From Heptranchias perlo (Eukaryota): a stretch of 64,000 nt of DNA. Below, in pieces: positions 26,901 to 38,330 of this stretch. A program made the position numbers and the translations under genes. A model generated the notes under the pieces. The model worked only from the letters and a program-made list of their open reading frames with translations, ran no database searches and was not told where the DNA came from. Each line of letters opens with the position of its first letter. Position 1 is the stretch's first letter. Location of the stretch: NCBI RefSeq assembly GCF_035084215.1, contig NC_090356.1, positions 11,842,001-11,906,000 on the forward strand, read 5' to 3'.

Positions 26901-27015
26901 TTTTTTAAAAATTCGTTCATGGGATGTGGGCCTCGCTGGCGAGGCCGGCATTTATTGCCCATCCCTAATTGCCCTCGAGAAGGTGGTGGTGAGCCGTCTT
27001 CTTGAACCGCTGCAG
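26901..27015 (-). mobile_element. 3' tail of an elasmobranch-type LINE/SINE (HER1/HE1-like)
   Basis: Minus strand gggcaattagggatgggcaataaatgccggcc...cacatcccatgaacgaattttt. Confidence 0.6.
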
Positions 27016-27411
27016 AACCTGACTTGCTTCCTGCTGCAGATTTCCACACTGCAGGGTTGTGCTTGTGGCGATAACAGCGGTGTCACTTGCAGCTTGCTCC
27101 TTTGCTGAGATCCGTGTGTGGGTAGCTGAGCTGCACTTCAGCCAAGGGAGGAGTCGCACGCAGCTTTCAAGATGCCAGCTGGCCACCCCCTGCATTGTGG
27201 TGATTTCTCAATCCTTACCTCTGGAAGGGAGGGGAAAACGGAGGGTGAGACACCCTACGCTGTGCAACATGTTGTAGATGTTATTTTGGTTTAATATAAT
27301 GTGCTAGGGGTTACTTCAGTCATTTTAAGTGTACAAGACTATATAAATGAACAAAATGCATTTTTTTCTCTTCTGTCACTTATTTCTATCCAACACTGTT
27401 ATCTTTTCCAG

Positions 27412-27595
27412 GGAAGTACACAGTGATAAAGGGCATTATATCCCCAGTGGGTGATGGATACAAAAAGAAGGGTCTAATAGAGGCACATCATCGTCTAGCT
27501 ATGGTAGAAAAGGCCATAGAAAGCTGTGACTGGCTGACAGTGAATCCCTGGGAAAGCAAACAGGAAGAGTGGGTGGAGACTGCCAAAGTTTTTAG
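27412..27595 (+). CDS. nmnat1: NMNAT1 second coding exon ([22 protein letters not shown]...WVETAKVF)
   Basis: 184-nt exon with ttttccag and gtgagt sites; SPVGDGYKK and WES motifs. Confidence 0.97.
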
Positions 27596-28241
27596 GTGAG
27601 TGAAGCCATGGAAAATTCTGTCAATCCTTTTATCAAAACCATTTTTTTTAAAGATTAATGCTTCTCTTCCCTGTACCTCAATTCCTTCTTAGCCTGTCAC
27701 CATCACACATTCTGCAGCAGCTGGCAGAGTAGGCTTTTCTTATGTGCTGGTACTACTTTGTGGCTTAGACTCTGTAGCGTATTTCTAAGAGGGAGGGCTC
27801 AATTGAAATGCTAGTTGTTTTCTCATTAATGGTCATTAATTGTTGGCAAGCTATTCGACTGCAGTGGGCATCACACCAGAGCTTGAAATCTGTCCTCGCC
27901 TGACACCTGTGCACAAGCACTTTCTGGCAGGATAGTGATCTGGAATGGGAGTGTGGACTGACTTTTCCTCACCTCTCCTGGGCACAGTGAGGCCAACTGT
28001 AGACCCTACACCACTGCTCCAAATCCTAACATTATATGGAGGATTCTCAATCGTTTGAAGAATGAAGAAGAATCTGTGTGGGGGGGAAAAAAAACACGAA
28101 CTTTTCTGGCATTCAAGCTGGAAATTCCTTTTTACAATATCTTGTGAAATCCAACTCGTGTTGAGCCAAGATGATAGGAGCGACCATTTTAAAAAGAAAC
28201 CTTACTATGCTTTCAATGTTGATTTACATTTTTTAAACCAG

Positions 28242-28360
28242 ATATCTTTATGAGAATCTGGAGAACCTCAGTAACAATGAGAAGACGAGCTCGGCGCAAC
28301 GCAGGAGGGGAAAGAAAAGGAAGATAGAAGAAAAAGATGACAACTCACTGGAAGCGAAAG
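28242..28360 (+). CDS. nmnat1: NMNAT1 third coding exon with basic nuclear localisation signal (RRRGKKRKI)
   Basis: Acceptor ttttaaaccag, donor gtgctt; phase 2 to 1; the basic cluster sits where NMNAT1 has its GRKRKW NLS, distinguishing it from NMNAT3. Confidence 0.88.
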
Positions 28361-28891
28361 GTGCTTACGGAGCAGGTGCTATAAACTGTGCAGCTAAATT
28401 GAAATTTATATGAAGTAAACGTGCTGCAAAGAATTAATTTTTAAAAATCTCAAGTACTTAGGATTTCAGGTTGTTTAATGGCAAACTGTTTAAATACTCC
28501 AAAAAAAGCCTACAGCTGAGCTTGATATTATCCTCAAACACGCCTTCCAGCAGGATACACTGTATAGGGAGCAGGAACGCTATAAACCAAGGGATTTTGA
28601 GGCTAATTAAAAGGTCAACATCAAAGGCTCATGCTAGATTCTTATTTGGCCAGTGGGTAGTGTATCTGTGGTGCAATGTCTAAGCTATAAACCCAAAGAT
28701 TGTATTTATAAGCTGCACTAACTAGACCTCGAGGTGAAATGGTTTTTCATTATTGTGTTGACAATCTCAGGAGATTGCTTAAAATTATTTTTTTTGTTCT
28801 CTTGTAAATTGATCTTGAAACCTCCACTGGCCTTTTTTTAATTAATCTAATGGCTCCCCTACATCTAAAGGTCTTGCAGTTTCTTTTACAG

Positions 28892-29307
28892 ACTCTCCTG
28901 AGTTAATGTGCCTCTGTGGAGCAGATGTTCTAGAATCTTTTGACATTCCAAACCTGTGGAAAAAAGAAGACATTGAAGAGATTGTGGGGAAGTTTGGTGT
29001 CGTGTGCATCAGTCGACATGGAAGCAATCTCGAAAAATGTATTTACGAGTCTGACATCCTCTGGAAGTTCAGGAAAAATATTCATCTTGTAACCGAATGG
29101 ATGAACAATGAGATCTCGGCCACAAAGGTCCGTCGAGCTTTGCGAAGGGGACAGAGCGTTAAATACGTGATACCTGATTCAGCCATTGAATACATTCAAA
29201 AGCATCATTTGTATGATCCACGCAGTGAAGACAAGAACTCTGAAGTTATTTTAGCACCTTTGCAACGTTACATGAAAGAATCCAATAGTAGTTCAGTACA
29301 GTGTTAG
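28892..29307 (+). CDS. nmnat1: NMNAT1 last coding exon ([17 protein letters not shown]...[18 protein letters not shown]...)
   Basis: Acceptor ttcttttacag; CGAD and ISATKVRRA motifs; total spliced CDS 837 nt = 278 aa plus stop. Confidence 0.97.
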
Positions 29308-30998
29308 ACCGGACCAGATTCTCTTGTGAATGCCTGGCCCAGGATATTAAATCATGGATCGTTTACCCACATTATCTTTGACGCATTGCTTTTGGGTTTA
29401 TTTATTCGACAGTATGAATAAGGATAGTGAATCCATTTCCATTGCTCCCACTGTCCACATCAGGCTCCGAGGAGAGGAGGAGTAGAACATGACAGGTGAT
29501 AAGGGGTTTGTCCAAACCATATGCCCAAGGCAAGTCCCAAAAAAGAATGTTCTATTTGTAACAGGCATTGTTTGATGACCAACTTTAATTGGAGAGTTGT
29601 CCAAATGATGCGCCTCAAGACCAGTGTAGGAGAGAAGCCTCTATTGCATCAGTGTAACAGGTGCATTGCCTTACTGTAACATTATGTCTTTTAGAGCCTC
29701 CTAACTTAGTCATCTGCAAACCTGGATATACAACTCTCTGTTCCTTCATCCAAATCATTAATATATGTGGTGAAAATCTGAGGCCCCAGTACAGGTCCCT
29801 GGGAAAGACCACTTGCCACATTCTGCCAATCAGAGAACGTTCCCTTTATCCCTGCTCTCTGTCTCCTACCCTCTGTTTCAATTACCACCAACCCATGTCA
29901 CAAGGTTTCCTCCAATTCTGCATGCGTTTAGTTTTGCTAAGATTCTCTCCTACTTCAAAGGGGTCGGCTCTCACCTCAGGGTAGTAATTTGGTGGACCAG
30001 ACCCCATCGCCCTGACTTAAGGTGTGAAGGTTCACCGAGATGCTTGCTCGCATATATCTCTCACTCTCTAACGTTATGGTCTGTTAGAGCATGACTGATG
30101 GTTTTACAACAAATTCAGGACAGGTATGTGCTGTGGACCCTCGTGCGTCTCTAACTGAATTGTTCAAACATCTTTTACCCAGCCCTGCCTAAGCTGGGCT
30201 TATCAAGATCTCAGTGGTGAAAGGACACTGTGCCGGACTGCCCCAGCCCTCTCACCTTTTGAGTCATCTGAAAAAGTGTTGCGATCGCCAAACTGGTAAT
30301 GAGACAAATGTTCAGCCAGTTTTACTATTCTCCCAGGCACCTGACCACATGGCAGAGTTAAAGGTCGTGAAGGAGGATCCAAAGGTAAAATTGTGCAATT
30401 AAAAAAAAAACCACCCACCCCTGTTTTTATTTTCAAATTGCCTGAGAAACTAGAAATTAAGTGTACCCGAGCCCCTATCATTTTCATCTTGGAGTTCCAT
30501 TTGAAACATTACCAGAATTAACTAAAACCTGCCGAGAAATAGGTTGCTTTACAACGATATAAAAGAAATGCGGCATGTTTGAATGTTGTCCACGGGGATT
30601 GAACGACCTCTGGGCACCGCAAAATAATTTTGGGTAGCGATTCTGATTAATATAGCTGAAGAGCTAGACAGAGTGCTGCGGCCACTTTGGAGCACTTTGT
30701 CATTGAAATGCTAGGATTAGTGGTGCCAAATGGAAGGGAAAAGCCTCCCCGGGATAGTCTTGTGCAACTCCCAACTGGTTAGGTCACAGTGGCATTGGCC
30801 AAGGCATGGCAACAGGTTGCCTAGCAATCTGCAAGTGGTGCATGGCCCAGAGAGACCGGTGAACTGGGGAGAAAATAGAAAGCTTCATACACTCGGAAAA
30901 CAAATAAAAATACTGCATGCAAGGGTTTAAGATTATTTGCTACTTATTTGGTGGATGTGCTGGACTTGCAACTTGTTCTGTGACTCTGAAATACTCTG

Positions 30999-31004
30999 AA
31001 TAAA
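30999..31004 (+). terminator. Candidate nmnat1 polyadenylation signal
   Basis: AATAAA about 1.7 kb after the stop, followed by T/GT-rich sequence; a second AATAAA is at 30903. Confidence 0.35.
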
Positions 31005-32020
31005 AGAATATTTATTGATACATCTTGTTGATTTTAGCAAAGAAGAAGTTATAGGGGCCTACAACCTTGCACAAGCATTGCTTTTTGTAAAAAAAAAATG
31101 GATTGTCCTGCAATAGGGTTGAGAATCATTGGGAAATACAGTAAATTATTAATTGATTGCATTTGAAATAGACGATTAGGGCAGGATGCCATCCATCGAA
31201 ATCCAGTGGCACCTTCTCCCCACTCCTGATGACGTGGACTGCATTCACATTCCACAGGTTTAACGTTGGTGCAAAGCCAAAACAACTTCACTCCAACACT
31301 AAAGTGGGAATGTGAATTGGGGAGGCCAAGGCCCAAAGTGACGTCAAAGTGAAACTCCAGGGAGAATGGGGAAAAAAAAAAATCAAAGAGAATAAAATAT
31401 TCCAGTTGCCTCATAGTTCTACTCAATATCAGATATGTTGAGATCAAAACAGAGTTCTCCTTTCAATACCATGTGATTTTTGCAGAGGAAGACAAAGTGC
31501 TTCAATGTAAACATGTTTTTCTCGTTGTTTATTAGTCCTGACTTCACAGCCAGGAGAGCAGGTCTGAATTGCCTTGTTACAGGATTATGAACCTTACCCA
31601 ACAGATATGTTTGGGGGTGATTACTAATTGTGTGTCAGTTTGGCTCAGTTAGTAGCACTCTTTTACATCTTAGAAGGTTATAGGTTCAAGATCCGCTCCA
31701 GGACTTGAGCACAGAATCCAGGCAGAACTGAGGAAGTGCTGCAAGGTTGGAGGTGCTGTCCTTTTGATGAGATGTTAAACTGAGGCCCCATCTTCCTATT
31801 CCAGTGGTTCAGGTGAATGTTAAAAATCCCATGGAGAGTAGGGAGATCTCCCAGGTGTCCTCACTAACATTTGTATATCCACCCAAAACTGGTTATTCAT
31901 CTCATTACTGTCTATTGGGATCTTGCTAAAGGCAAATTGGCTGTGTTTACCTGTAGAACAGTTACTTTAGAACGCTGTAGCCTTGATTCTCCCACCTGCG
32001 TTCCCAGCAAGTGTGGCTTG

Positions 32021-32419
32021 CCATTGGAAGGGTGGGATAGAAGAATTAGTCCTCATATCGCCATTGGAAGGGTGGGATAGAAGAATTAGTCCTCATATCG
32101 CCATTGGAAGGGTGGGATAGAAGAATTAGTCCTCATATCGCCATTGGAAGGGTGGGATAGAAGAATTAGTCCTCATATCGCCATTGGAAGGGTGGGATAG
32201 AAGAATTAGTCCTCATATCGCCATTGGAAGGGTGGGATAGAAGAATTAGTCCTCATATCGCCATTGGAAGGGTGGGATAGAAGAATTAGTCCTCATATCG
32301 CCATTGAAAGGGTGGGATAGAAGAATTAGTCCTCATATCGCCATTGGAAGGGTGGGATAGAAGAATTAGTCCTCATATCGCCATTGGAAGGGTGGGATAG
32401 AAGAATTAGTCCTCATATC
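32021..32419. repeat. Minisatellite, 40-bp unit x10
   Basis: CCATTGGAAGGGTGGGATAGAAGAATTAGTCCTCATATCG repeated head to tail; one G>A variant in unit 8. Confidence 0.98.
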
Positions 32420-34024
32420 ACATTCTAATTGTTGGAGTTATTTTTCTTTTAAGTTCCATTGAAAAGTATAAAGGTTCTAAAGCTACATCACACAACAAGA
32501 GTCTGTCCAGCATTCACCACCGCTAGCTGCATGGGAACCAAATAAGAAAGAAATGCAGTGCACCATTAACCCAGCTGTTCTCTCTTTACCAAGTTACTTT
32601 ACCCAATTCCTTACCAAATACACTGCCTCAGTCATAATTCAACAGGCCAGCCCTCCCATTGGATTGGACCAGTGATCTTCATAATAGATCCCCCATTTCT
32701 AACCTGAGTTACTGTAATTTTTATGTTCCCTCCAAATGTCTCCTCTTCTTTCCCAAAGGCACGAATCTGTGCTGAGGTGCAATTCCTACTTTGGCCAAGT
32801 GGATGTTCTTCATCTGTGAACCTACACACCGAGTGTTGGTGGGCTGTTGAACAATAGTGGGCATCACAGCTGGGTCTGATCCTGTCCTCATTCAAAAATG
32901 TGAACTTCAAAGTAGGAATCACTGGACAGCAATCAGGAGTTTGAACCTTGGCTGATTTCTCCCATCCCCTCCAGCCCAGAGTGCTGTAACGCCATTCCAA
33001 CTACAGTGGCTGAGATCCAGCTAACTCAGCATACAATGTGGATCAAACATGGGACCCGAAGGGGAATTGAATAGAAAATGAGAGGTTGCTATCTTCAGTT
33101 ATGTGTATTCTAGAATGGATCCACTAAAATAAAATATAAAATTAATTTGAATTCTTGAATTTTATTTAATACAAAAATACAAATGTTAGATTATTTTGTT
33201 ACAATTTTTTTTGGAGAGGAAAAAAATGCATCACCCTTATATTTATTTCTGGTATATTTGCTATTCAGCAAAGTAGGAGACAGTACAGGTCCAAGGTGGT
33301 ACAGTACTTCCAAAAGCAGCTGTAAATGTGCTTCAGAGGCAAGGCCATATTCAAAATAATTCAAGTCTTTAAGTAATGAAGGGAATAGAATAGAGTAGGT
33401 GATTACAGAGAGGTATTTGGACAAGAGAACCAGAGGGACATTGCAAGCCCCACTAGCGACTTGAGCAAATAATGTAGGCTAGCTATTCAGTGCAGTACTG
33501 AGGGAGTGCTGCATTCTTGGAGGTGCTGTCTGTTAGATGAGACGTTAAACCAAAGTCCAGACTGCCTGTCCAGGTAGATGTGAAAGATTCCAAGTCACCA
33601 ATCAAAGAACAGCAGGGATCTGATCAATATTCCTCCCTCAACCAATGTCACCAAGATTATCTGGTCATTTATTCTTTGTGGGACCTTGATGTAAGCAAAC
33701 TGGCTTCCGCACTTGCTACAGCGATTGCCCTTCAGAAGTAATCCATTGGTTGTAAAGTTCTTTGGGACATCCTGAGAAGGTGATAAGGTGCTATATAAAG
33801 GCAAATGGTTTCTGTAGTTGAGGATGGCCTAAGCAATAACTAGTAGAATTGACTGCTGATACTCTAGTAATTACTGACTCCTTTGGAACATTTAAAAGAG
33901 AATTTGATCAAATGCAGATACAGCAAGGAGTAGAAGGAGATGGGTCAAGGGCTGATAAATGATAAAACATGAATCTGGATTACATAGTGGGCTCAATCGT
34001 CTTCTCTTGCTCCTGTATCACTAT

Positions 34025-34213
34025 GGCCCTGAAATTACATGCTAGTGTATGAACACTTAACACATGAAATTCTCCTCTTTACCACTTTAGCAGAGCTGTT
34101 AACCATTTATCTTAAACAGACTAACTCCTCCACTAAAATAGCAAAGAGAGGAATTTCAGACAAACACATTTAAGTGATTGTGCATTAGTATTCCATCCCA
34201 TAATTTCAGGGCC
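34025..34213. mobile_element. MITE with 13-bp TIRs and an internal palindrome
   Basis: GGCCCTGAAATTA / TAATTTCAGGGCC; internal inverted pair gaaattctcctcttt / aaagagaggaatttc; flanks TAT and GAT. Confidence 0.7.
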
Positions 34214-34808
34214 GATTATCATCAAATCATGCAGACCAGCCTCCAGCAGACCAGTGCTGTCAGACACTTGCACTTCTCCTCAGCCCTGTATCATATTTGT
34301 GCTTATAATATTTTCTGTTTAATTACATTAACTATTTGAACCAAACTTCTTTCACAGTTAAACATGAATGCAAGCATTTTAGAAAATTATTAATGGTTTA
34401 AAGCTTTTAAGTAGGGGAGCAGAGGCAGAAACTGGAACATTGAATGAGACTGAGATGGTCGTGCATCTGCTTTCTGGAGCACATTGAACAGAGAGCTCAG
34501 CCTGTCCTTCTGGAAGGACACCCACCTTTAAGGCTTGTCTGTCAACAGACTAAATCTATCACATGGTGTAACTGAATTAGTGTTGGCCAGCTCCTGGACA
34601 TTAAACCCTGACATTCATGATTCATCATTTTGAATTGTGGTTAATCAGCAGGTCTGTAGACTTATGCCATTTTTAGAATTTGCAGAGTAATACAAAATCA
34701 ATGAGAATGAATAGAGCCAAATGCATATTTACTCAACTTGTCAATTCTAAAGATTTCTAAAGGCTAACAATAGATAATTCCCCAGATGTGCAGGTTTCAA
34801 AATTAACT

Positions 34809-34971
34809 GGGTGAAAGGGTACAATGCGAATAATGGGTCTTCGGCAATGGTGCAAAGCAGGCGATAAGGAATCAATGGCCCATTTTATCCCCCGCCCGAT
34901 TTTCTTTAACAATGGACTGCCGATTCACTATTGCCCATTTTGCACTCCTGCTGAAGACCAGTTTCACCCCC
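34809..34971. mobile_element. MITE; related copy at ~38972-39112
   Basis: GGGGTGAAA / TTTCACCCC termini; shares gattcactat(t/c)gcc(c/t) internal motifs with the 38972 copy. Confidence 0.55.
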
Positions 34972-36214
34972 AATGTATGCTGTCTAATTTCATAATATAA
35001 CGGTTGTATCATTTTTCTACTCTATGTCTGACAGTTTCAATTTGAGCAAGGTTAACAAATATAAGCCTGTAAATTATTGTTGGTGATATTGATGGACAAC
35101 CAGCTTCAGGCTCTGTTTCTCTAAACTCATTTGTCCAGCAGTCCTGTGATAAAAGTGGACCATTTTATCTAAAAGATTTAGTATGGTATTAGCTCATTTA
35201 ATTCTGTCATGACATATAAGGGTTTAAAAAACAACTTCATTAATAGAGAACAAACCTTAGTTTAGTTTTGATATAATAGTTGCAACAATTAGTCATTTAG
35301 TCTTAGACAGCTATCAGAGGGAGATAATTGAGATACAAACATCTTGTTGGATTGGTTCAAATTATGTTTGACTGGCAGCTTCCTTTTGAGCTGAAAAGAG
35401 AGTTATTTAAATTGGCTTGGTCCCAATCATTTTAGGGAAAGTATCTTGGCTGGCTCAGATTGGACAGTCTTTCTGAAGCCTTCAGAGAGCGATAGTGAGG
35501 CCAGATAACCATCACGGATGAAGAGAAAAGAAAAAGAACCAACACATTCGACTATTAAGTAGCAGTCGCTACTATTAGTTACTTTCTTTTATTCAAAAAG
35601 ATAATTCAGTTTCATAGCCTCTGTGAAATCTATGTTGTGTCATTGATACTGTTCACTTATTGTTTTACTGTTTAATAAATTTGTTTGGCAGTTAAAGTGG
35701 GATTGCTCACCTCAGAACTAATGGCTCTGAGCTTCCCTTAGGAACTGAAAGAAAAAAAATTAGTTGATTTACCTTTGACCTTTCTTGAGCTATGGAGTTC
35801 CCCACCCGTGTCTCGCTATGAGTTCCACCGATGGAAAGGGGCACGTGCTCCTGAAGTGCCCTTGCAGGTGTGTGGTTGTATTTTGATGTTGCTGACTGAG
35901 GAGGAGGCAGCCCCACAGGGGCTGGATGGTGCTCGTGGATCACAGAGAAGCCATATAAATGGAGAAGTGCAAGAGCAGCTCAGGCCAACAAGTGCAGTGA
36001 AAAAATTATTCCAACGAGGTAGACCCCAGTAAAATTTGCCAGAGCCAATGGGGCAAACACAAAGCCCACCCTACCAGCTTTACGCTGGGTTTCCACTGAA
36101 GCAGAAAACCCCAGCTTTAGCATCCAATATCTAGATCGATAACTTTTTCTCTTTTTTTGTGAAGATGTACTTTTCCCTCTATGAACCCCATGCCACCTGC
36201 AAGTGACCTAAACA

Positions 36215-36690
36215 ACAACAACTGGTAATTATATAGCACCTTTAACATCGTAAAAAGTCCCAAGGTGCTTCACAGGGGCGTTACCAAACAAAATTTGACA
36301 CCGAGCCACATAAGGAGATATTAGGACAGGTGACCAAAAGCTTGGTCAAAGAGGAGGTTTTAAGGAGCGTCTTAAAGGCGGACAGAGAGGCAGAGAGGAT
36401 TAGGGAGGGAATTCCAAAGCTTCGGGCCAAGGCAGCTGAAGGCACGGCCACCAATGATGGAGTGATGAAAATCGGGGATGCGCAAGAGGCCAGAATTGGA
36501 GGAGCGCAGAGATCTCGGAGGTTTGTAGGGTTGGAGGAGGTTACAGAGATAGGGAGGGGTGAGGCCATGGAGGGATTTGAAAACAAGGATAAGAATTTTA
36601 AAATCAAGGTGTTGCTGGACCGGGAGCCAATGTAGGTCAGCGAGCACATGGGTGATGGGTGAACGGGACTTGGTGTGAGTCAGGATACCC
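36215..36690 (-). mobile_element. L2-clade LINE 3' fragment
   Basis: LADLHWLPVQQHLDFKILILVFK...LRSS...RAFSCLGPKLWNSLP; (TTG)n tail. Confidence 0.9.
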
Positions 36691-37910
36691 TTGTCCGAGT
36701 TGGCTGCGAGTGGTCTGGGATGACTTTTTCATCCTTCCCCTGGGGAGAGATGACTGCTTTTCACTTTGTGTCACAGTAGTGCAGCTGAGATGAAGAAATC
36801 AGTGTGTCCCCATTGCTGTGCCCAATCTTGAATTCATACAATCATAACTAAAAACTGGATAGCAGATTTCAGCCTATCTTTTGCATTGCTTTCAATACAT
36901 CTGCCTGGCCCCCTTCTCCTGATGGTGGTGACTTATGCTGGCATATAGTTTTAAGGGCACCCGGACCCCTCCAGCAACTTGCGCTAGTGGTTAATTCTGC
37001 TTGTGTGGGCTCAGCAGTGAGTGTTGGTAGGCTTCGTGTCCTTGGAGGGAATCATAAACAAGCCTGATTCTGTTTTCACACATTTTCCAACAGAAGTCAT
37101 CTGGATAGCATCTAGGATTGGGGAACCTGGCTGATTTGTTTTCTTCATCCCAGGAACACTAAGGCTAATCGTAGAACCCAACTGCTGCCTGACTAGGATC
37201 AGCTAACTCAGCACCAAGTGGGAATCAAACCTGGGATTTTCTGACCTGTATGGCTTAGTCATGAACCTTGTGGTATATTTACTCAGCAGGTTATCAAGGG
37301 AGTTGGCCATCTCATTTAATGGAGAGATTTTATCTCCTCTATTTCGCTCCTTCATCCAACCTATCTTCCTCCAACCACGGGTAAGAAATGTGGCATCATA
37401 AACGGAGCAGAATAAACAGGAGTGTCAGCTTGTCCTTGTGGCGGGAAGACACCTTTAGGACTTTTTCCATAAGCAGATCAATCTTGTCACACAGCATAAC
37501 CAGATCAAATTGTCAACCGTTCTCTGAATATCAAATTCTTGACGCTTATGATTCATGTTTCAGTTGCTCCCATCTGGTCATCCAACACATCTGTGGATCT
37601 GTACCATTCCTTAGACGTAATATCAACTGGGTCAAAAGCATATGTATACAACCTTTCAGTTCTAATCAGAGGTTTTCAAAAGATAACAGGTGATAGACAC
37701 GCAGGTCTCAAAGTTTACTCGGTGAAAGAGTATAGTCTCTACTTTGTCAATTCAAATAGTTATGCAACACACTATATACAACAGGGTCAATTTTCCGAGT
37801 GCTTACACATGACGAGTTCCTCACAAGCCATGAACGTGCATCAGAAAATCACAGACCCACTGGCTGCAATTTTCCATCCATTGATTTTGACATCTTCAAG
37901 TTCCATAGGT

Positions 37911-38330
37911 TGGGAGCAGAGGAGGAAGAAATTTTTACAGCTCAGAGGAGTGCAAAGGTAAGATTGCCCAGAATGTTCATAATAGAAGTATATGCCCATT
38001 GCATTCATGCCACAAACACTTGAACCCCAACCTGCTGCTGCATCAATGCACTGGCACAATCTTTCATCCTGTACCATTTACCTATATGACGTCAGGATAT
38101 ACCTGACACCAAAATATGCAAGTAATTTAACACATGCCTCCCCCAATGCACGCCGTCACCAGAAACTACTTTCTTGCCGCACTATCCTACATCACAGAAG
38201 CTGAGGTGAAGGCTGGCTACTGGGATGGCATTCTCTGCTCTTCCAAAATCTAACATTTGTATGTTTTGTATCTGTTTACAGGAGAAGGCAGCACGAAAGA
38301 ACCAGAGCAAAGAGAGGACCTCCCATCCTT
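37911..38330 (+). pseudogene. Degenerate relic of a Harbinger Myb/SANT gene
   Basis: WEQRRKKFLQL(frameshift)RSAK|gtaag...ttacag|EKAARKNQSKERT aligns to the exon 1/exon 2 junction of the gene at 40800. Confidence 0.6.

Noticed and set aside
32021-32419. Regular 40-bp periodicity resembling a CRISPR array
   Set aside because: Units are identical with no unique spacers, there are no cas genes and the context is eukaryotic; it is a minisatellite.
35775-36032. 85-aa ORF with faint Harbinger Myb-like flavour
   Set aside because: Similarity is too weak to support without a profile search.
37388-37900. ORFs of 101 and 140 aa that might be an endogenous viral or host gene fragment
   Set aside because: No recognisable motifs, and stops in the other frames; only the 3' end matches the Myb relic.
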